NCBI RefSeq assembly: GCF_006345805.1
Contig: NC_043011.1
Span: forward strand, 2,604,001 to 2,668,000
Reading direction: 5' to 3'
Source of the DNA: Octopus sinensis
Taxonomy: Eukaryota
Length of the DNA stretch: 64,000 bases
Position 1 is the stretch's first letter; every line of letters begins with the position of its first letter. Under the pieces are notes generated by a model, which did not search any database, had not been told where the DNA came from, and saw nothing but the letters and a program-made list of their open reading frames with translations. Below are positions 12,574-25,407 of the stretch, in pieces. The position numbers were made by a program, and so were the translations under genes.

Positions 12574-12575
12574 AC
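12266..12575. repeat. Long (CTA)n/(CTG)n trinucleotide microsatellite
   Basis: Read directly; it explains the poly-Thr/Ala and poly-Leu ORFs in the track. Confidence 0.95.
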
Positions 12576-13811
12576 CACTATGATCTCTCTTACCACTGAC
12601 ACTACAGTTGCCTCTCCACCATTGCTACTGCTAACATTAACCACACATTAACACTACTACCACCAGAAGCAACTGCACTACCACCACTGCAACTTTCCCA
12701 CTTACAGTTCTTGCTTTACCTTCCACTGCTACCAACACCATTACTACCAGCATCATCATTAGCCACTAGTCCCCCCCCCACTACTACTGCTCTACCTCTT
12801 ACCATCATTAGCATCACACTTCCACTATCAACCCTGCTAGTATTACCATGACTACCACCTCTTGTTTTGCTGAGTTGAATTACATGTATATTCAATATAG
12901 ATATTGAAAATTAATTCCTCAAAATAGCTATGGCTGCGATTCTGTTTACTGTTTATTGCGTATTCTTAGATAGACTCTGCTGGTAAATACTTATGCATGG
13001 AGTTAATTCATTAAACAAATATTTTATTTGTGTTTCTACTCATAGACATGTCTTTATTTTTGAGTAAATTAACTTTGAATTTAAGACTTAGGTTACAAGA
13101 TGTATATTTTAAAGAGAGATATTTTAAAGAGAGTGAAGTTTCTTAATGAAAAGCATCAAAGATTGCATGAAAGTATAAACTTTTTATTGATTGAGTGGTA
13201 TGAAAACTCTATATGCATGCGAAGTGGGGTTTTTTTTGTGAAGTTAGGTCCAGTATAGTTTCCTGTATTAGATCAATTGTCCAAACAATCAGTTTTATCT
13301 GAACAAAATATCCATCTCATTTGGATAAACGAGATCTAACTGTATATGTTTGACACAGGAAAAATATTTCCCAGCCTTGCAAGGTTAATTTATTGACCTA
13401 AGTTTTAGGATTAAGGTATGACAAGCCCTCTTGTTATTTATTTCAGTGACTTAAGAGAAAAGATCAGGTAGTGTTTTTGTCCAACCACCATCACCTGACA
13501 ATTTGTGCTTGTTTGTTTATGTCACCATAACTTCGCAGTTGGGTAAAATAAAAAAGACCAACAGAATAAGTACCAGGCTTAAAAATAAAATAGGTACCGG
13601 AATTGATATATTTCACTAAACCCTTCAAGGCAGTGCTCCAGCATGACCACAGTCTAATGACTGAAACAAGTAAAATATCAGCACTTTATACTAAATCCTA
13701 AACAAACTCGAATATAATTTCAAAGATATTATCAAAATTATGTGTATTTCCATGCAAGTAGTAAAGGTGGCAACTGCAACTGGTCCTGACTCGTGTATGT
13801 ATATATATATA

Positions 13812-14312
<501 letters not shown>

Positions 14313-15559
14313 GTAAATGTGTTGTATTTAATTTGGCCGAATTTTATCAATGAGTCATTGAAAAATGGTTAGTAAAAGCACTGATTTAGAAAATCTCATC
14401 AGAATGGTTTAATGATGTCAGCTAATGGCCAAAAATAGACAAGAGAGCAAGAGTGCAAGGAAAATATGACAAACTGCAAATGTGTTCAAAGTGATGAAAT
14501 GATCTGAGGTATCAGTATTGATGCCAGCATAGAATTGTTTAAACTGTATCAGAGTGGAAAAATAAATCAAGTATAAGCATATTGATGATGTAGAATGTAT
14601 TGAAGCTGATCAAATAATTTACCATGCAATTAGAAGTTTCCATTTCTCAAAATTCTTACATCATTTAACATCACTGTGACAGTGACTGGAGTACATCATT
14701 ACTGAGTTCTGAATGAACGAACCCAGTTTTGATGCTTAGTTTAATCTAGTTTTAATTATTTTGGAAATGTAAGTGCCTTTATAACTAATCTCTCATTATT
14801 CCAGAAACCCAAAGCTTTATATTCATTTACAAAATTCTTATATTTGATATTTTTCTCAAGCTGACAAAAGAAATTGGGAAAAGTGTGGAATATGTGAACG
14901 ATATTCCTTAACCCTGCAGCCCTCAGATTTCTCTGTCAAATGTAATGCTTATTTATTCACATCGATGTGAATTAGTCATGCATTATCTTGTAACATCAAG
15001 ATTTCAATGGTGTGATCATTTTTTTTTTAGAATAGCAATGGAGGATAGATGTGAAAGACCAGATCTGGCTGGTTTGACCACAAAACAAGTAAGTTATTTG
15101 GGTTGGATTTGGTCTGTTTGAATGCTAAATGGTTAAACCACCCCAAAACACTTTCTTCATGTTAGTTTTCTTGTATCATACGAATTATTCAATATCAAAC
15201 TATTTATTAATTTCTAAATGGTGTTCAATACTACTCTTGTTCTCTCTATATATATGCTCCACTCTATCAAGAGAGTAGTTGATATGTTACTCAGGGTACA
15301 ATGAATGTGATGGTCATCTTGACTTCCATATTTCTCTGTGTCATTGTAATATCAGTGATGTATCATAGCAAGTTAGTTTGACAGAGTTATCTCCAGCCAA
15401 GGTGTCTAAAGGATTTGAACTCAACACTGCAATCTAAGAAGATATCAGTTTTTTCACTCCTTAGTTATTATTACTTATATGATAAAATCCTTTTACAGCC
15501 AAGTGGTCTGAGTCATTTGCTACATGTAAAAAGATCAGAAAAATTGATTGCCTGAGACT

Positions 15560-18080
15560 GAAAAAACGTTCTTAAAAATAAGATGGAGGTTAGGACAATA
15601 CAGCAACAACAACAACACAAACATACGAAACTAAAACAAACAACAACAATAGTGACAATAACAACAATGATAACCTCAACATCTCCCACACAAACAACTA
15701 TAATAACAACAACACAAACACATGAAACCAAAACAACAACAATAGCGATGATAATAACAACAATAACTGCAACACCCCACACACAGACAACAATACCAAG
15801 CACAACATTACCCTCACTGTCACCAACACTAGCTCACCCACAACAATAACAAGAATGAACACACCATCACTACCAGCAACAACAATGCCAGCAACCTTAA
15901 CAACAAATACAATGATAGTAACACAGGTAGCACCCTACACTTTGTCTTCTATAACCTCAACAACAAATCATATGACATGACAAGGATCTACCCCATAGAT
16001 TTACCCTTCAGCAAAAGGGTGTGTATTCCACCACAGACAGACAGTGAGACAGAGGCAAAGATTTCTTTAGCTAGAAATAGACTCTGACACATCTTAGGCT
16101 GGTACAACAAAACCATTAAAAAACATAATGAAGAGGAGACCCACCAACTCAGTTCATTTGTTGCCAAAGAACTACAAAAACTGAAACAGCGAATTAAGAA
16201 CAGGGAATTAGTGTGCTTCCGTACAGACAAGTCTGGCAGACTGTTGATAGACAGCCCACAGAAGTATGTCCAGTAGCATGAGAGAAGTTGCATCACAGGA
16301 ACATGAAACAGTAGAAAAACTTCACAATGCACACATGGGAATATGGTGCAACATACTCCAGCCCAAGAAACAGACTGCAAAAAATTTCCAAGCATTCAAC
16401 AACGATGTTCCTACACTATACAGGTTATGTAAGGACGATAAACCCTATGTAAACCTCATTATGGGGCCCCCAACCCGGCCAGTTTGCAGAGTGAACATCT
16501 CCAGCAATTATAGGCGATCCTACTTCCTCACACAGGTGTTATGACCACTCACTGATTTGTCCCCAGATTTATCTGTGAGCACGAAGGATCTTCTCAGTAG
16601 AATTCAGTAGTTGTAACCACTCCAACGACCTTGCAGGTTGTGTAGTGGGTAGTATGGATGTAGTTTCACTCTACCCATCTATAGGCATAAGTTTTGCTGT
16701 GGTAAAATGCATTGAGATTATCTGTGAGAGTGGAGTAGAGTTCTGTGAAGTCAACACAATGTAACTGGACCTCCTCTTTAGAATAAGCTATGACTGTAAC
16801 TACCTAGACAAACATGACTGTAGCAGATTCTGCCCCACCAAGTCACAGAAGGGAAGACCACCCACTATCACCTCGGCAGAGAAGAAAAGCATTGCAGAGT
16901 GCTGGGTCAGCTGCACCATACCTAGCCAGAATCCTGAGGACAAAAATAAGGTGAAAAGAATGATTGCACATGCAATAGAGGTTAGCACAAGGACCACCTT
17001 GAAGAACCACATAGTAAAGTTTAACAAGAATTTATACATGCAAGTTCAAGGTGCAGCCATTAGTTGTCAGTGTGGCTGGAGATGTGGCTGACCACTTCAT
17101 GACCTGGGGGGACAGAAAACTTAAACAATCCTTAGTTGAACAATCCACAACTGTTTTGCTTTACTGTGGGTATGTAGAGGACATTAATATTGTAGTAACT
17201 CTAGTAACTGTAATGTAGAAAATGGAAGGAGCATAATGGAGAGAATCCAGCACGTAGCTAAATCCACCCACCAAAATATCAAGGTAACTATAGATTACCC
17301 CACTAGGCACCCTAACAATAGACTCCCCGTCCTTGATACTGAACTTTGGTTAGAGACTGTGAAAAACAGAGTGCGACTCCTCCACTCCTATTACACGAAA
17401 CCCATAGCTTCTAAATAGGTTATTCACAAGAACTCAGATTTGTCACACAACATGAAAATCAACATACTGATAGTAGACTTAGTTAGTATAATGAATAATG
17501 TGTCCCCACTATGCAAACCCTATGAAACAAGGAAACATGTACAGAAATGCATGCACTACATGTAATTCTCTAGATATTACCAGAAATATAGGATTTGGGG
17601 TATATAGAGGAGCTAGAAAGAATTTAGATAGCATTATATGTAATGAAACCAGTGGTGTCTGTCTTAGATACAGAGGTGAAGACTGTAATAGGATACAAGG
17701 AATTTGTGACATAGCAAACAGGGTGAACACGTGGTACAAGGCTGACAAATATCAAGGAGTGATGTTGTTTAGGCCACAGCCCATGGAGAACTAGCCTGAA
17801 GATTTAGGAAAGCTCTGAAGGAGACCAAACTCAATATTAAGATCATTGAAAAGTGAGCACCATCAGATCACAGTTATGTAGGACATATCTCTTTAAGAAT
17901 ACCACATGCACCAATGAAAACGGAATGGTAAGATTAACCCTGGCATTAACTGTAGAACTAGAAATGTAGTCTACAGTATAAGGTGCATAGAGGGTGCTTA
18001 TAACGACAAGAACAAAGCTTACATTGGCGAGACATCTAGAAGCATTGCGGAGAGATTAAATGAACATTTGAGATGATCAA
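15560..18080 (+). mobile_element. Decayed Penelope-like retroelement (RT plus GIY-YIG endonuclease)
   Basis: Frame-disrupted motifs: TDKSGRL; PTLYRLCKDDK..GPPTRPV (16420-16490); VVGSMDVVSLYPSI (16642-16683); LKNHIVKFNKNLYMQVQG; GYVEDI (17168-17185, degenerate YVDD); RLPVLD..HSYYTKP; NCRTRNVVYSIRC..KAYIGETSRSIAERLNEH (17948-18067). Confidence 0.9.
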
Positions 18081-19651
18081 TGGAACACAAATTATTTATC
18101 ACTAAATTGGATGAGTGACATGATATTTAATCTGCTCTGTCCATACTTTCAAGTCAAGATTGGGCAAGTTGGAGCAGTGGGAGATATTTAATTGATTTGT
18201 TGATTTGTGGTCTTTAATTCTTTTGATCGTTTTAGCCTACACAATAAAGTTTATGCTGGAACATTACTTGTGTTTAAATTAATTTAGGATGTGTTTAAAA
18301 ATGTATGAAGTTGATTAGGTTGGACAGTGATAAGTGAATGTTGCTATGTTACAAAAGAAGAGTAAACAATGAAAGGTTTGAAGTATCAAAAACAGACAAA
18401 TCTATTTTCATCAAAATATGAGTATTGTTATAAAGTGAGAGTATTTCTTGAATGAATAATAGTGAAATATGTATGTTTGCTTTCATGGAAGAGAATGAAA
18501 AGAAACTGAAAATTCAACATAATGAAATTTTCTTTTCTTTAAGCTTTCTAACTGTGAAATAAAAGTTAGGGATATAACCAGATCCATGACACAATTCTGA
18601 ATATCAAAATTATCATGTTTCTGATTTGTTTAACTGACCTTGTGCTAGTTACACATCAGACCCCAATATTCATTTTATAGCTATATAAAAATGTTAATTT
18701 ATGAGTGGTTAAGTTTCTTTGCTTATAGGTTGAATAATTTTTTCTCTTATCTGAATAATCAGAATACTGACGTATAACCACTTATATGTTTGTAGTATAA
18801 ACAGTCTCTTTTAGTGTTCTTTTGTATCTCCTTATAGCATGATTATTTTGGGATTCGGTTAGAGTACTAAGCAAAATTTGCAGTTTCTCCTTCCAATTTA
18901 CTGACAACTCAATCTGTCATTCTATCTTGTGATCTGAACTCAAAGATACTCAAAAAAGTAAGGCTAATTTGTATATTGTTGTTGGTTTAGAAAATATATA
19001 ACAGTAATTAGATAAATATGAATAAATTTTATTTTGATTAATTTCTCAGTGATTGTAAAAACACATTTGAATACATTGTTGGGTTGAAATAATAAACTTA
19101 CACATCTGTCTATGATCAGTGGTGATAGTAGTACTCCTTTGGATGGTTATGATGATTGTTTATCAGAGTACTCTTAGACTTGTTGAGGACTTGACAATTT
19201 CTCTAGTGCTGCCATCACAATAAGATACTAACCTGTAAAATAACTGATATTAGGAAAGACATCTGATCATGGAAATACTGCCCTAGTATATTGCAAAGGA
19301 CTTTTTTCCCTTTGTGGCGTATTAGGAGATCAGAATAGTGGCTTTGTTTTATGCCTAATAACTGCTATTTCTAGCATACCAAATAACCACATTGAGGACC
19401 CGCTACCTTTGAGTTCATTTAAAAGGGAGAGAAAAATGCTTTACACAACAAATTCCGATATAATCGTAATCTACATCGTCTGAGATGTATATGTAGAAAA
19501 TTTTATTAAATTATCCATGTTTCAGAAAGTTACCACACACACACACATATATATATATAATATGTGTATGTATATATATATATATATATATGTAGTCAGA
19601 AATATTAAATTTCTAAATATCTCATAGAGATATGTACGGTGGTGGAGTGTT

Positions 19652-19785
19652 AGAGTGGTTGTATACTGTCAACTTAATGTGACAGTAAGGGAATTTACAC
19701 CACTGCTGTTTACTTCCTAGGGCTAAACAGCGGTGGTGTAAATTCCCTTACAGGACTATCACATTAAGTTGACAGTATACAACCA

Positions 19786-19789
<4 letters not shown>
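19652..19789. repeat. Near-perfect fold-back palindrome (~60-bp arms, 11-nt loop, one 5-nt indel)
   Basis: agagtggttgtatactgtcaacttaatgtga...tgctgttta / taaacagcg...tcacattaagttgacagtatacaaccactct. Confidence 0.9.
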
Positions 19790-19817
<28 letters not shown>

Positions 19818-19818
<1 letters not shown>

Positions 19819-20159
19819 AAGGCGCATGGCTCAGTGGTTAGAGCGTCGAGCTTATGATCGTGAGGTTGTGAGCTCGAATCCCGGACCGGGCTGCGTGTTG
19901 TGTTCTTGAGCAAGGCACTTTATTTCACGTTGCTCCAGTTCACTCAGCTGTAGAAATGAGTTGCGACGTCACTGGTGCCAAGCTGTATCGGCCTTTGTCT
20001 TTCCCTTGGATAACACTGGTGGTGTGGAGAGGGGAGGCTGGTATGCATGGGCGACTGCTGGTCTTCCATAAACAACCTTGCCCAGACTTGTTTCTAGGAG
20101 GGTAACTTTCTAGGTGCAATCCCATGGTCATTCATGACCGAAGGGGGTCTTTACCCTTT
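19818..20159 (+). mobile_element. tRNA-derived SINE family D, full length
   Basis: tRNA-like head ggcgcatggctcagtggttagagc...gagctcgaatccc (A-box and B-box-like), then gtgttcttgagcaaggcacttt...ttgctccagttcactcagctgt; second copy at 30008-30325 on the minus strand. Confidence 0.85.
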
Positions 20160-20184
20160 ATATACATATATATATATATGCATA

Positions 20185-20375
20185 TCATGATCATCATTCA
20201 CCATCCATTTTCCATTCTGGCATGGATTAGACAGTCTGACAAGGGCCAACAAGCCAGGGGGCTACGTCTAGCACCCATCTGGTTTGCCATGCTTTTTGTA
20301 GCTGGATGCCCTTCCTATCGCCACCACTTCACAGCATGGACTGAATGCTTTTTACGTGGCACAGCATGATAGCAT
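20185..20375 (-). mobile_element. SINE family C, degenerate partial
   Basis: catcattcaccatcc...gctggatgcccttcctatcgcca... matches the reverse complement of the family C tail. Confidence 0.65.
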
Positions 20376-21605
20376 AGTTTCAATGGCTGGATTTTTATAT
20401 ATTTATGATTTTTATAGTTTTATGATTCTCTACACGTTGGTGCAAGTTGACTGGGAACCTGAGGCCCACCAAAATTGTTCCCAATTGGGCCCAGGTTCCC
20501 ATTAAAGCTGGCCCTAGCTGAACTGTTTGGTTTACAATTCATGAAAGTCTTGGGCACCCACCATCATAGACAGTCCATCTCCATTTGTGTTGTTTAGTTA
20601 GCAGATTCCCACATATTCACATTGAAAGTCCATATTTTAAAATTTCCTTTAAGTGTGTCTTTGTTTTTCTTGAATACACTTAACTTCATTCAGCTGGAAA
20701 TAAAACATTTACAGGGTTATGACAATATGTTAGTGATGAAGATAACGATAATGATGACGATAATGATGTTGATGATAATGATGCTGATAATGAGGAGGAG
20801 GAGGAGAAGAGATCAATAGAGAAATGAATAATAAGAAAGAGTATGAAGAGTTTGATGACTAAATAGGTAAGAGCAATCATATGATGATAGTGATGATGAT
20901 GATGATAATGGTGGTGATAACGTCAACAACAACAGTGACAGTAGTAGAAGTGGCAGTAGTAGTTTGGTGGTTGTAGTGGTTCTGGTGGCGGTGGTGGTGG
21001 TGGTAGTGCAGCATAAAGAAACAGATAAAAAAAAGATGATAGTAATAATGTATATCATTTAAAGTTTTGATATCACACATAACTAATAGTGACATCAAGT
21101 TTTGACGTCAGCATAATGCCAGAGAGACTGTTTCAGACAAACGGACAGACAGGTGCAAACTGTCTCTCATTTAATTTATCATTTTAACTAAAGTACAAAC
21201 ACCAAACAATACAAATGAACACAGAACACAGCAGACAACACAGAATCTGAACCATAATACACACAATAAAAATATAAACTGTCATATTTTACAACAGTAA
21301 AATACATAATTCACTCTATAATATAAACATAACACAAACACAGCAGTTACTTGATCTTTCTGAAGCAACAGCCAATTTTTCCTCAAGTAAATTTTTCCTT
21401 ATGTAAAGATACTCAAATGGTGTATTGCAGATTTTTGGTAATATAATTTAAGGCTTTAAAAGAATCCATATTAATGCTTAAAATTCTTGAAAAATGCTCA
21501 AAGAAAATATAATGTCAATCCTGATCAAACTATACACAAGTATGTTTAATAATACACAGTAAGCAATAGTTTGTGTTTTTTTAAGTTTCCATACAAAGTA
21601 AATCA

Positions 21606-21992
21606 AGGGGTTAGCCATATTTAAATGGCAAATATACGTCACGATGTGTTGCAGCTACTGTTTAAAACTCACTCTAAGATTTATTATTGCTTGTTTACAT
21701 GTTTTCGATATCAGTGTCTTTACAATACTGGAAAAAGTATATGTATTTGTGAAGGGAACCTACTTTTCATCGACAACTGTGATTGTCACACGCCAATGAC
21801 GGGTCAATACCCAGAAACTCGAGTCCGTATGTATCATAAGTTGGAGACGGGAAGGATGGCTTCTCTTTGCAAATACTGATAGGACACAGAAAGTGTGTCT
21901 ATAGCCAACTGGAGGAGGTGTCCTCCTGGGGCTACAAACTACAGTAGCATCCACCCTTAGGGGTTAGCCATATTTAAATGGCAAATATACGT
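21606..21992. repeat. Identical 34-bp direct repeats flanking a 319-bp segment
   Basis: aggggttagccatatttaaatggcaaatatacgt at 21606-21639 and 21959-21992. Confidence 0.9.
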
Positions 21993-22729
21993 TTTATAGG
22001 ATCATCATTGCATTATGCAGTAAAATAATATTGAGATAATCTACCCTAATATGAAAGAAAGGATAGTTACATTAGAAACATGTAGTCTTAGATACATAAT
22101 TCTGATTGAAAGCCAGGATCTATGATCATAGCTGAGTCATGACAGATCTGAAACTTAATAACACAAACACAGCACACAACATATAACAGAAATCACATAA
22201 CAAAGCTCAGTCTGACATACAATACACATTACATATCATAGTGTGCACAGAAACACAACATAGTAATATCACAATTAAGAAATATATTTAGCATATTTTT
22301 TCATAATTCTGTATTGAATCAATTCTAACCTATCTCATTACTGGTTTAGTACCATTCCATGACTCTTTGATGACTTTTATAAAATTATTTTTAGAAAATA
22401 GATCTAATTCAGCACCAACATTTGGCTCTTGGTGTCTCAAGTGGAGTCCTCTTTGTTACAAACTTTTGGATTGGATCTTTGGTATTGACGTGTTCCTTGT
22501 TTCTCTGTCTTCCTTGTATTGTGCCGTGGCTTGTTAGCTGGTCAAGTAGAAGTTGTTCTCAACTAGAGGCTTGTTGCTAGATAAGCAAGGTGCCTAAACC
22601 TCTGAGTAGTGTCTTGATTAGCAACTGTCTTTGATGATAATGATGTTATTGTATTGTAACAGAAACTTTGCTAAATAATAGGATAGCCCTTTTTATTTTA
22701 TTTTATTTTATTGTTAGTATACAATCAAT

Positions 22730-23160
22730 AGGCACAGATGTGGCTGTGTGGTAAGAAGTTTACTTCCCAACCACATGGCTCTGGGTTCAGTTCCACTGTA
22801 TGGCACCTTGGACAAGTGCTTTTTACTGACTGCAGTACTGCACTGACCAAAGCCTTGTGAATGAATTTAGTAGACAGAAACTGAAAGAAGCCTGTCATAT
22901 ATACATATGATATGTGTTGGAGTATGTTAGTGTCTCCTTGTCTAGACATCACATTATAGTCGTAAATGATTGTCACTGTCATACAAGCAGTATCATCCAT
23001 TTCCCATATTCTGCAAGAACATGTCAGCTCATGAGGAAATATTACCTTCGATGGAAACAGGTAAGGGTTGACAAATGGAAGGGCATCCAGCCATAGAATA
23101 TTTGCCTCAGTAAACTCTGACCCATGCAAGCATGAAAAATTGGACATTAAAATGATGAGG
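22730..23160 (+). mobile_element. Chimeric SINE: family B head/CORE-like block plus family C-type tail
   Basis: 5' gctgtgtggtaagaagtttacttccc...ggcaccttggacaagtg; 3' ggaagggcatccagcc...cccatgcaagcatgaaaaattggacattaaaatgatg. Confidence 0.7.
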
Positions 23161-23984
23161 AGGACATGTGAAATGAATCTCAATTTTGTGCCTTATTAAC
23201 ATAAACTGCAATGGTTTAGTCTGACAGGGAACTTCTGAGTCAAGAAAACGGATGGTCTCAAGATATGGGCAATGAGGCAGGGATGTCATGGCAGACATGG
23301 TTGAAGAGTTTGCTACGTCAAAAGCAAATTTTGAAAAGGTGAGGAGTCACAGGAGTGTGGGTTAGGTTAGCAGGCTTCTTGTAGCATTGACTTTACTGAA
23401 ACTATACCAAAAATCTTTCAATAATGTGTGAGTCCCAAAAGGATGAGGGTTTTTGTTACTGCTATGACTGTATCCAGGAAAATTCCACTTCTTTGGAAAA
23501 GAATATCTCAAAATGTTGAGTTATTTCCCAATGCTTATAGAGTGTTATAGTTACAAGAAGTCACTTTGATGAGTTGGTATAACTGAAGAGGGTTGCAATT
23601 TGAGAGGCAAGCAAGCTTTCCTCACAAAAGAACCAATAGATTTCATGACACAAAAGCAGATGTTCATGAGAGAGCATTCCCAGTTGGAGCTATTAGGTGA
23701 CTTCCTGTATATTAATGAAGAAGAGAACGATGTCTGAACATCAATGCCTTTGACTGTCTGATGTTCAGGAGCAAAAACACTTTTGGTTCCTCCATCATAA
23801 TTAACATGCATAATAGTCAAGAGGAAATTTTGCCTTCCTTTAAAACTGCACTCAAGTGACTTTCCCACCTTCACCTCTATTCCTACCTGTTGGTACTTAC
23901 TAGCTCTCAAATTTGCACCCTAATGGTAATTAATTCAAGCATTCAAATGTTATTGCCAAGTGTCGCTGTTATAATAAATCCTTT

Positions 23985-24206
23985 AAAGGCGGCGAGCTGG
24001 CAGAAACGTTAGCACGCCAGGCGAAATGCTTAGCATTGTTTCGTCTGCCACTACGTTCTGAGTTCAAATTCCGCCGAGGTCGACTTTGCCTTTCATCCTT
24101 TCAGGGTCGATAAATTAAGGACCAGTTATGCACTGGGGTTGATATAATCGACTTAATCTATTTGTCTGTCCTTGTTTAGCTCCCTGTGGTTAGTAAAGAA
24201 ATAGTT
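23985..24206 (+). mobile_element. SINE family A, full length
   Basis: aaggcggcgagctggcagaaacgttagcacgcc...gagttcaaattccgccgaggtcgactttgcctttcatcc...tagtaaagaaatag. Confidence 0.9.
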
Positions 24207-24578
24207 ATAATAAAACCTTCTGAATGTGCAGCATTGAAGACAAAGATTTTAAGAATTGGAGACAGACAGACTTGAAATGTAAAAGATCAGCTGCTTTAGC
24301 AAATGTACAATAGAGCTTTAAGCTAAAATTCATTTGAAAATATTGTAATGGCCTCTGCTTACATCAATTAAAAAAGATATTCCATCTTAGCCAGAAATTC
24401 AAATTCATGACAAGTTGATATTTAGACTATTGAGAAGATAAATGTGCAAATACCTTAACTTCAAATGAAACAATTATATAATATTGGTGTGTGTGTATGT
24501 GTGTGTGTGTGTACATATTCTGATATTTCTGCAGCATTTATATTTTTTATATATCAGATTATATATATATCAGATATA

Positions 24579-24751
24579 TAGGTGCAGGAGTGGCTGTGTG
24601 GTAAGTAGCTTGCTAACCAACCACATGGTTCCAGGTTCAGTCCCACTGCGTGGCATCTTGGGCAAATGTCTTCTGCTATAGCCCTGGACCGACCAATGCC
24701 TTGTGAGTGGATTTGGTAGACGGAAACTGAAAGAAGCCTGTCGTATATATG

Positions 24752-24784
<33 letters not shown>

Positions 24785-24992
24785 TTGTGTGTCTGTGTTT
24801 GTACCCCTAGCATTGCTTGACAACCGATGCCTGTGTGTTTACGTCCCAGTCACTTAGCGGTTCGGCAAAAGAGACTGATAGAATAAGTACTGGGCTTACA
24901 AAGAATAAGTCCTGGGGTCGATTTGCTCGACTAAAGGTGGTGCTCCAGCATGGTCGCAGTCAAATGACTGAAACAAGTAAAAGAGTAAAAGA
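24579..24992 (+). mobile_element. SINE family B, full length
   Basis: Head, CORE-like ggcatcttgggcaaatgtcttc, internal microsatellite, tail gactgaaacaagtaaaagagtaaaag. Confidence 0.9.
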
Positions 24993-25140
24993 ATATATTA
25001 GATTTTCAAGAGAGAATAGTATATAAAGCTGTGTCACAAATTATGTCTATTCTGGCCGTTGTTATAAAAAGAGTTCGTTTTTAAAGTAGAAATGTGACTC
25101 AGAATGCTATCCATTAATATACAAATTAATTGCTCAATAT

Positions 25141-25284
25141 TCTTTCAGTTTCTGTCTACCAAATCTACTCACAAGGCATTGGTCGGCCCGGGGCTATAGC
25201 AGAGGACACTTGCCCATGATGCCACGCAGTGGGACTGAACCTGGAACCATGTGGTTGTTTAGCAAGCTACTTACCACACAGCCA
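25141..25284 (-). mobile_element. SINE family B 5' half (inverted relative to 24579)
   Basis: Reverse-complement match to 24590-24735. Confidence 0.85.
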
Positions 25285-25407
25285 CATCTAAATTTAAAAT
25301 GTTGTCTGTGAATTTTCTTTCAACTTCATTTCTTCTATTCCTTCACTTGTTTGGATTAATAACTATTTCTCCCCCCCCCTCTCTCTCTCTCTCCACACAC
25401 ACATATA

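Noticed and set aside
12173-12599. 136-aa and 87-aa ORFs (poly-Thr/Ala, poly-Leu) as a mucin-like gene
   Set aside because: Explained entirely by the (CTA)n/(CTG)n microsatellite; no splice structure or domain.
19818-19893. Functional tRNA gene
   Set aside because: The acceptor and anticodon stems do not pair properly, the sequence runs on into a SINE body, and a second SINE copy exists.
21870-21910. Hammerhead in ctgataggacacagaaagtgtgtcta
   Set aside because: The core breaks the C3-G8 pair and A9, there is no stem II, and stem I has only 2 bp.
22400-22640. Second R4-like LINE C-terminus on the minus strand (QRQLLIKTLLRGLGTLLI*)
   Set aside because: Similarity is too weak and short.
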